Assembly: GCA_002794465.1 (NCBI GenBank)
Contig: MTSL01000191.1
Span: 45,283-64,925 of the forward strand
Source: Paramicrosporidium saccamoebae KSL3
Lineage: Eukaryota > Fungi > Cryptomycota
Direction of reading: 5' to 3'
DNA: 19,643 bases
The number at the start of each line of letters is the position of its first letter. Position 1 is the first letter of the stretch. Positions 9,331-16,569 of the stretch are shown one piece after another. The notes beneath the pieces were generated by a model. That model worked only from the letters and a program-made list of their open reading frames with translations, had not been told where the DNA came from and did no database searches. The translations under genes and the position numbers were made by a program.

Positions 9331-9663
9331 ATGCAGTCTCCTCGCTACCTTACAGTGCCCACAGACCCGCTGCTTTTACTCTCCAGTCCGCCGTGCTCTC
9401 CTTTGCCCTTCGACTGGCATACTTGGACCGAGGGTCCCCCGACCGTCGCGGATTTCGACTTGGAAGCTGCAGAGGGCGTCGTTTGTCTGGGCGATGGGAG
9501 GACTGTAGACCTCGCTGCTCGGGAGAGGAGCGAGTTTGTAGTGGTACGGAAAGGTGCTATTGTTTCAAAAGCTGCTGCAGGACGTAAAATTGCCAGAACT
9601 GAGAGGACCAGCGAAACGATACAAACGATGCTGCCACCCATAATCGTAGATTCCTATGAATAG
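9331..9663 (+). CDS. Hypothetical orphan protein, 110 aa
   Basis: ATG follows a C/A-rich leader like those of other genes here, sits downstream of CCAAT boxes, and opens a GC-richer block between AT-rich flanks. No family recognised. An antisense ORF (9345-9641) competes with it. Confidence 0.55.
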   Translation: MQSPRYLTVPTDPLLLLSSPPCSPLPFDWHTWTEGPPTVADFDLEAAEGVVCLGDGRTVDLAARERSEFVVVRKGAIVSKAAAGRKIARTERTSETIQTMLPPIIVDSYE

Positions 9664-9896
9664 TGATGTACATGGTTGTTAATAGAGCGGAATACACAGT
9701 TTTGTGTTTAATACTGATACTAATGTAAAAGGTGATGATATACTTGATTCGGCTGCCAACACCAACATCATAGCTACGGACTAGGGATTCCAACAAGTGA
9801 TCTTAACCTACAACGGATATTTTCATCTTATCTCAGCTCTTATAATAACTAGTAAGAACATATTGTGTATTGATTCAGACAAACTCGCGCTGTGGA

Positions 9897-11423
9897 TTAC
9901 TCCAAAAAGATTGAAGTTTTTCCACCAGGCGGTTGCAGGACCCTCGAGGATGGGAATATCGGTTCCGCGGTCGCATCATCGCCAAGCTGTAATTGACTCT
10001 GGTTTCTGTTAGCCATGGTGGTTTTGGCAGTGACACGTGGCTCGTCTTCAGAAAAGTTGATGGAGGAGCGATTGACTCGTGGATCGGGACGACGTCCAGA
10101 GAACGATGCTTGCGGAGCGTCCTCGTCAGCAAAGGAGAATCCGCTTCCCCGAAAATGGCTATCACTGCGGACGGGCTTCTTTGGCTGCTGCATTACCACG
10201 GGGATGTTTGAATCAGTGCTAAAAGGACATTCGGCTACCGCGGCTTTCTGAAGAACTACGGGCTCCTCTTCTTCTGGTGCAAAGACACTGCTCCGATGTT
10301 GCAAGGCCTGCTGACGTGGCGCTGTGTCGATCTTCATTGGAGAGTCGGCAAATATTTTGCTCTCGAACCTCGACCGCTCCGTCAGCGGGATGTCTGGCTG
10401 GAATGGGCCGCTGGGTTCCTTAAAGACACGACTCTCATTTCTATGCGGGTCGAGTGTAATGGATGGACGCAGTGGTTTGGCTTCTTTCTCAAAGATGGAT
10501 GGCTCAGGGACATGCAGGGAGGGTTGCAATTGTTCTCCACTTCCATCGCCAAGTACGAGATGGGAGGCCATGGAGGCGGAGTGTCGCGGTTGTACGCGTG
10601 TCACTTCCTCCTCAGGAGCAAAGATGGAGCTCTTTAGCTGCGGGATGTGTCGACTCGGCATATTCAGAACGGGCAATTCATGCGCCATTTCTGCAATGTT
10701 ATCCAGCCCCCCGACTACCATATTAGTCAATAAGCATGATTACTTGGGGAAAGCTTAACAGTACGGGCTTGAACGGGCTTGTACTCCAAAGCCTCCAGCG
10801 TCACAATCAGATTGCAGTTCTGTGCAGTGGGATGCACCAGTCGACGAGCAATGCGCATCCCGTCTACAATGGGCAATGTATCCAGCTCATTTTCAAAGGT
10901 CACTGAATTTCCAGCGACGCGGATCAGATTGTGGAATGCCATGTGGAAGACGCCCAACTGCTTGAAAAGAGTGGCCTGATCCCAATACACCCGCACCTGC
11001 TCCAGCAACATGGAAGCAGAGTATTTTGCCACCACAATCTACACATTACCGCCAATCAGTAGTTCATACAAAGGGAAGACTATAGGTCACATGCTGTGCC
11101 TCAACACCGGGCACCAAGTAATCGAGTCGCTCTTGATGCAAAGCCGAAATGACAATTTCCTCAGTCACCGTGCCCATACCCTCATCGACCATGCAGCTGA
11201 TCACCTCGTATTGGTTGTTGTAGCGGGTCAATTGGTCCGTTGAGAAGGGGTGCTGGGTCGCGGGGAAGAGTGCACAGAAACGTGCAAGCTGGGCCCAGCC
11301 GGTGGCGCCGGCACTGGAGGACACGTAGGTCAGGGAGACCGTTTCGCCTTGGTCCCAGGAGGATGGATCGTGGAGACGACCACGATGGCGGTCCTGCCAC
11401 AGCTGCTTCAAATTGGTGTTCAT
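9897..11423 (-). CDS. NTF2/SnoaL-like domain protein with C-terminal Jupiter/HN1-like repeat tail, 488 aa; exons 11423-11070, 11038-10744, 10714-9897
   Basis: Three track ORFs (11064-11558, 10727-11035, 9897-10730) join via introns 11039-11069 (31 nt) and 10715-10743 (29 nt). The N-terminal VTEEIVI...YLVPGV...LPFIVV...VRVYWDQATLFKQLG...LPIVDG resembles SnoaL/NTF2-like folds. The C-terminus is SSRVLQPPGGKTSIFLE. A 50-nt alternative for the second intron (donor 10764) is also in frame. Confidence 0.75.
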
Positions 11424-11514
11424 AATGGCGCCAATAAAAACAATTAATGATTTACCGATGGTTCGATCCTTATTGTCTGAATTGTACTGTCTATATGCAG
11501 GCCTATACACGCGC

Positions 11515-12958
11515 CTATAATATGGTATGGGAGGTAGTGTCCACGATCTGGAAAGCACTTATACAATCTAACAGCCACATTGAACTTAACAATGGCTTGA
11601 ATTTGGTAATGACACCCTCGTCCTTTTCAAAATCCGCCTGTGACTTTGGATCACACAGGACAGTCACTTTGCCCCGTCTTTGGCTTGCCAATTCTTCAAT
11701 GTTCCCAATCAACTCTCCACCAGCGTCCATAATCAGTGCTTGTAGGTCGTCAATGTTGGGGGCGGAGAAGGCACCGTACAGATAGAACGAATAGCCGGCG
11801 AGGAGTGGCGATTCTCCATTGGTTTTGCTTGTCCTCCCTCGTCGGGGTCCATCCTCGTCGGGAAAGTACTCATCACCAGTAACCTCAAACGGCTTTTCAT
11901 CCAGCAGACGTCCTTCTTGAAGACAAATGTCCACCCATTCTGACGACACGAGCCAACATCCACGCAACACTCCACGCAGATACTTGAGCGTACGTTTTGC
12001 CACTTGATTTTTTGTTGGCGTGATTATATGCGTTACGTCTTCATCAAACTGTTGCGAAATCCGTAGTCCAAAGAGATCTGCAAATTCGCCAACCACGCCC
12101 AACGCTGGTCCCTTAATCAGAGACGTACACAGCACCATACTACGCGACTCTGACCATTGCTGAGTGGCTGGTCTTGCAAAGAGGTCGTCTGGCGAGGAGG
12201 GAAATTGGATTTGGTCAATCAGAGCTTGTGTATCGGGCGCGGAAAAGACTCGGGACGGCGGGTAATCCGCCAGTATCTGTGAATTTGACGAAGAGAGGAA
12301 TTGGATCTGATCCAGCAGAGTTTGCGTATTCGAAGAAGAGAGGAGCTGGGTGTAATCCATCATTGTGGATGCATTGTTTTGTACCGGTACACTCAATATT
12401 GGCAGGTCATTTTGGGCCGAAGCATCCAATCCCGGCGGATCAACTTTATCAGTCTGTGCCAGCTCAATCAAGGCATCCAATTGAGCCAAGTCCTTTTCCA
12501 GCTGTGCATCAACCACTCTTAGTCGTGCTACTTCCTGCGTGTTTGGGGTGCTCCCAAAGTCATGCACATTCTCCTTTTCTCCCGTCCCTTCAATGTCGTC
12601 CCATTGATGGCCGCTTTTGCTGGAATATTCCTCAGCCAGGACGCCAAAGACGGTCACAATCTCTCCCAAGTCACCCGCCTCTCGAATGCTTCGTCGGGTA
12701 ATGCGCGTCTTGCATACGGGGCAAGGTGCATCCGTCTTTTGGGCAATTCTTAACATTCGCTCTAGACAATTCTTGCAAAATGCGTGATGACAAGGCGTCA
12801 TTTTTGGCTCCTCCAACAGCCCCAAACTATGTCCACATTAACACCCTGTGGACAAGCAGCTACCAAATGGCGCAGGTCAACTCCTGTCCTAGTCTGTGAA
12901 GCAAGCCAGCGTAGTGATTGGGCAATAATCTCTGTTGCTGCGTCCCTGACTGCGACAT
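11515..12958 (-). CDS. BRCA1: BRCA1-like RING (C3HC4) + tandem BRCT protein, 468 aa; exons 12958-12864, 12826-11515
   Basis: A 37-nt intron (12827-12863) restores ELTCAICLGLLEEPKMTPCHHAFCKNCL...CPVCK. The BRCT pair has THII, RTLKYLRG, WLVSSEWV, FEVTGD, GPRRGR and YLYGAF, matching recalled BRCA1 motifs (THVV, RTLKYFLG, WVVSYFWV, FEVRGD, GPKRAR, CYGPF). No ankyrin repeats, which argues against BARD1. Confidence 0.82.
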
Positions 12959-12960
12959 GA

Positions 12961-13317
12961 AGATTTTATGAATTAATCTTTGTGAAGCAGGCTTTGAGAT
13001 GTTTACAAATTAGCCGTATTTATCTGTAAAGGGGGCTTTGAGACGTGAAGAATTTGCAAATTTATCTTTGTGAAAACAATCGTCTCATTGGATCTTTTGT
13101 TCAGTAGCATGTTGGGAAACTGGAAATCTCGAACCGAGACATTTTATGAATTGGTCGTATTTACCTTTGTAAAAACAACCGCCTCCTTGGATCTTTTATT
13201 CAGGAGCATGTTGAGGGACTGCAGACCTCTGATCGAGACATTTTATGAATTAGCCGTATTTATCTTCGTGCAAAACGAGCTTCCTCCTTGGCTTTTTGTT
13301 CGGCAGCGTGTTGAGCA
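12961..13317. repeat. 99-bp tandem repeat (13061-13159, 13160-13258) with a third partial copy inside the PDAP1 3' coding end and shorter remnants at 12961-13060
   Basis: Manual alignment of the two full units gives 18 mismatches in 99 bp with no indels. The third copy starts at 13259 (tttatcttcgtgcaaaac...cctccttggc.tttttgttc...gcgtgttgag). Confidence 0.9.
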
Positions 13318-13808
13318 GCCTCCTCCTCGCGACGCTTCCTAATTACCGCTAGACGCTCCCGGTCTTCCTGCTCTTTCATCTTTAAGAAATGTTGCCGGGC
13401 CTGCTCCTTCTCGATAGCCTCTCGTTCCCTGCGTGTCAGCTCGCGAGGTGCCTTCTTTGCCGCTGGCTTGGCCGGTGCGACGGGTTTGGCAGTCTCTGTG
13501 TCTGAATCACTGGAATCAGAATCATTGTTCACATTCAACTTTTTAACACTCTCCGTGACGGGCAACTCCTACAGATTAATAACATTACCCAACAGTACAA
13601 TTACTTCGAACGAGGAATCTGACCCGCTCCCTGACCTGGAGTCAGATTCACTACCCGAATTCGAACTCGAACCTGACTCGGATCCAGAGTCCTCGCTATC
13701 CGAGTCTCTCTGCACGGGTCGGTTGTGCACGTAGGCATCCGGGTCACGAGAAGAGGTAAAGTGGTGACCTCCACCTCGTCGAGGCTTAAACTTGCCCTTT
13801 CCACGCAT
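13260..13808 (-). CDS. PDAP1: PDAP1-like (28-kDa heat- and acid-stable phosphoprotein, PP28 domain), ~170 aa; exons 13808-13605, 13568-13260
   Basis: N-terminal KGKFKPRRGGGHHFTS, Ser/Asp-rich middle, and C-terminal ELTRREREAIEKEQAR...RLAVIRKRREEEA as in PP28. Intron 13569-13604 (36 nt, GTAATT..TGTAG); an in-frame donor at 13598 (30 nt) is also possible. Confidence 0.85.
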
Positions 13809-13987
13809 TCCTCTTCACGGCAAGTCGTCTCCACAATCCCCGGCTCTGTCTTATATTTACCATCGAATTCCCCTCTCTCAGGGTGTGAGGATCTTAATAG
13901 CGTGGGGGGGAGGACCCTAATATCCGAATTAGATTCTTAACATATTGCCTAGTTGCAATACTGCTAGAGCAAGTCCGGATCGACATG

Positions 13988-13995
13988 TATAAAAG
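13988..13995 (+). promoter_or_regulatory. Possible TATA box
   Basis: TATAAAAG starts 31 bp upstream of ATG 14019. Motif match only. Confidence 0.35.
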
Positions 13996-14018
13996 ATAAA
14001 TCAAAATGTATTAACTCA

Positions 14019-15422
14019 ATGTTCATCTCTCGGCGTTGCCTGGTCACCTCCGCTCCGCCTAAGAAGACTGCGCGCTATTTTGACCCACACACTGTATCAA
14101 TTTGGGCAGAGAACATGTCGCGTCGCGGCGCCTCGCCTGCGGAAGCGGTGCGACTAATACTCAACCGCATGGACATGGGCCGTGCTCGTCACCGCCCAGA
14201 GCTTTATAACACTGCATTGGACATTTGCGGACACAATGGGATGCTGATGGATTCGGCACGGATCCTGCACAAAATGGTTGGCAGTAATGTGAGGCCGAAT
14301 GAGAGAACCATAACCTCAGTTTTAAATGCGATTGCAGAATATGTGCAAAAGTCCAGGCTGGAAGATTCTTCAAGTACAGGAAATATCGACGTTCAAAAGA
14401 ATTCAGAGGGCTTTCCGGGACTAGAAGCCTTCCAATTGAAAAGCAAACGGGATGCAGCACAACTGGCCATCAAACTGTATGCTTCTTGGATTGAGCATTC
14501 GCCCAATGTGGTGCGCAAACATCCATTCAACGCGCTCCTCAAGGTTCTCTGGAGAAGTGGTGCTGCAGATTTGTTGCCATCAGTGTTCCCTACCGATGGG
14601 TCTAATACAGAATGGGTGCCCGATAAGCCAGACATTATCACCTATACAACAGCCATCTTGGCCTGCCAAAACGATCCAAATGCAACCAACTCTGCTGTGG
14701 CCTACTGGATAGCATTCCAGAAATCTGATATTAAAGCAGACACGGGGATCATCATGGCCATATTGGTTGCGATGCAGTCTGAGCTACGTTTCATGAGGGC
14801 TCCCATTCCAAAGGCTGAGCTCACAGTTAGGAGAGGATTGCTGGCTTCCCTCTGCGCCCTGCTACAGCCGTTGGACGTCCCAGTGAATACAAGCAATGTC
14901 TTTCTTGATGTAGCACACCGTCTTCGCTGTCTCAATCTCGGCTTTCAATTTTGGGAGCAAAAGATCCTCCCAATCCTTGCCAGCAATCAATCTGCCATAA
15001 AGTCAAAGCAGCACTTTAATGAAGGCACTCTTGTGCACGTCTTTCAGATCATGATTCGCCTCGACAATGCTAGCCAGATCTTTCCCCTCTTTGACAAGCT
15101 GCAGAGCGTCTATGGAATGCATCTCTCCACTCGGCTCTTGAATGTCATGCTGCTGGCGGCTAGACGTGCTGGCGACAGGAGACGTCCGCAGCGCCTCTTT
15201 AACAGATTTGTCCAAAATGCAGCGTCAGTGATGCCCGATCAACGGACACTTTATCAGCTGCTGCTAAATATTTCCGAAGACACTGGCCTGCCGAAAATGA
15301 TGGGGAAAGAGCAGGCGAAAAAGATTCATGACTGGTTTGCCACCCGCTGTCCTGCTGTATTAAAAGAGGCCAAGAATGATACCAAGATTCAATGGCTATT
15401 GACCAAGCTCGGATTAGAATAA
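14019..15422 (+). CDS. Pentatricopeptide-repeat (PPR) protein, probably mitochondrial, 467 aa
   Basis: Arg/Ser-rich, acid-poor N-terminus (MFISRRCLVTSAPPKK). PPR-like motifs include ELYNTALDICGHNG...VRPNERTITSVLNA, HPFNALLKVLWRSG, PDIITYTTAILAC and RLLNVMLLAARRAG. Confidence 0.8.
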   Translation: MFISRRCLVTSAPPKKTARYFDPHTVSIWAENMSRRGASPAEAVRLILNRMDMGRARHRPELYNTALDICGHNGMLMDSARILHKMVGSNVRPNERTITSVLNAIAEYVQKSRLEDSSSTGNIDVQKNSEGFPGLEAFQLKSKRDAAQLAIKLYASWIEHSPNVVRKHPFNALLKVLWRSGAADLLPSVFPTDGSNTEWVPDKPDIITYTTAILACQNDPNATNSAVAYWIAFQKSDIKADTGIIMAILVAMQSELRFMRAPIPKAELTVRRGLLASLCALLQPLDVPVNTSNVFLDVAHRLRCLNLGFQFWEQKILPILASNQSAIKSKQHFNEGTLVHVFQIMIRLDNASQIFPLFDKLQSVYGMHLSTRLLNVMLLAARRAGDRRRPQRLFNRFVQNAASVMPDQRTLYQLLLNISEDTGLPKMMGKEQAKKIHDWFATRCPAVLKEAKNDTKIQWLLTKLGLE

Positions 15423-15461
15423 TAGAGTTGTTGTAGTGTTGTACTGAATTTTGTACTTTAT

Positions 15462-15550
15462 ATGGGTTCTTATCGTGTTGCATTTCACGAGTCTTTATGG
15501 TGTTATACTTTATACGAGTCTTTGTAGTTTTGTATTTCAGACGAGTCTCT
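15462..15550. repeat. Degenerate ~27-bp tandem repeat downstream of the PPR gene
   Basis: acgagtct at 15487, 15514 and 15541 (period 27), with a related unit atgggttcttatcgtgttg at 15462. Confidence 0.7.
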
Positions 15551-15584
15551 AATGAATACGACCACATTGTGGACACTGAACACG

Positions 15585-15667
15585 AACAGATTTCCAGGAC
15601 TATTAACAATAACAAATCTCCAGGACTATTAATAATAACAGATTGCCAAGACTATCTTAATGTTACA
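15585..15667. repeat. 26-bp tandem repeat (~2.7 units) downstream of the Tat-SF1 stop
   Basis: ccaggactattaacaataacaaatct / ccaggactattaataataacagattg / ccaagactatcttaatg at 15594, 15620 and 15646. Confidence 0.85.
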
Positions 15668-15669
15668 AT

Positions 15670-16518
15670 TTATTGCTCGGCACTCTCCAGCCACTCACCA
15701 AACTGTTCCAACCGCTCCTCGTCGGCCTTGTCTTCCTTTCCCTCTTTCAGACTAAACGAGCCGTCATACAGAACGGCTGAAATCTTTCGTCCATCAAAGT
15801 AGCGACCGTTCATAATTTTGAGACAAATTGCAGCAGCCTCTTTTTCACGAAACTTGATGGTGCAAGTTAAAAGACTGACGAGGACATGTACCGCCGTCAC
15901 TTCACCCAGCTTTTCACATTCCTCCAGCAGGTCCTCTTTCAGATCCAGCGCAAACTTGACGTCTGCCGTATCCTTTTCTGTAAACATTCCCCTAAGCACA
16001 ACAATCCGTTGGTATTTTTCGCGCTGTCGCAGCTCGGCCTTTAATTGTGCTTCCTCTTCTGGCGACATCAGGTCGTTTGCCGTCCATTCCAGTTTCTTTG
16101 TCATCTGCTGCATGTGGTGCTTCCATGATTTCTTGTCAATCTTCCGATCCTCTGGCTTCTGTGCACCTGGCTCGAATTTAGCACGCTCCACGGCGATCAA
16201 CACGTCGGGACGGAAATAGCTTTCGTTCAGCAAGTCGGCAGCCATTATGGCGCTCTCCTCTTTTAGATAAACGATCAGCGCCTCGCCCTTGAACACTCCC
16301 TCCTCGTTCTCGTAAAGCTTGACCCGGAGGCCACCAGAGAACATGTCTTCCATAATGACACCATATTTGGCAAAGTACTCTACCAGTTCATCTAGCGACG
16401 TGTCTTCCGGCAACCCACTCACAAACACAGCCGTATTCTTCCTTTCCTCCTTTTTCTTCTCCTCTTGCTCCAATGGCCGCTTACTGGCCAATCTCTTATT
16501 ATACTCACCACCTTCCAT
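15670..16518 (-). CDS. HTATSF1: Tat-SF1/Cus2 U2 snRNP-associated splicing factor (RRM + UHM), 282 aa
   Basis: NTAVFVSGLP...VKLYENEEGVFKGEALIVYLKEESA (RRM1), KKLEW, and RIVVLRGMF...DLLEECEKLGEV...MNGRYFDGRKI (UHM). The exact start codon is somewhat uncertain. Confidence 0.9.
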   Translation of the reverse strand: MEGGEYNKRLASKRPLEQEEKKKEERKNTAVFVSGLPEDTSLDELVEYFAKYGVIMEDMFSGGLRVKLYENEEGVFKGEALIVYLKEESAIMAADLLNESYFRPDVLIAVERAKFEPGAQKPEDRKIDKKSWKHHMQQMTKKLEWTANDLMSPEEEAQLKAELRQREKYQRIVVLRGMFTEKDTADVKFALDLKEDLLEECEKLGEVTAVHVLVSLLTCTIKFREKEAAAICLKIMNGRYFDGRKISAVLYDGSFSLKEGKEDKADEERLEQFGEWLESAEQ

Positions 16519-16569
16519 TCCGGTCGTGCATGAACCGCTTGCCAGGGTCCAGTTTGTCGGGGCTCCGCA

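Noticed and set aside
11460-11469. GGTTCGATCC, resembling a tRNA T-loop / B box
   Set aside because: There is no T stem, acceptor stem or A box, and it lies in a 91-bp gap between two genes. Not a tRNA.
13070-13342. 90-aa plus-strand ORF with a 33-aa repeat
   Set aside because: It is a by-product of the 99-bp tandem repeat, starts at GTG, and overlaps PDAP1 antisense.
14374-14406. Possible hidden in-frame 33-nt GTA..CAG intron in the PPR gene
   Set aside because: Size and ends fit, but the interior is purine-rich with no clear branch-like motif and no conserved motif is restored. It cannot be resolved without RNA-seq.
6481-15669. Repeat blocks as CRISPR arrays or transposon termini
   Set aside because: The repeats are contiguous without unique spacers. 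There are no cas or transposase genes, terminal inverted repeats or target-site duplications, and the context is eukaryotic.
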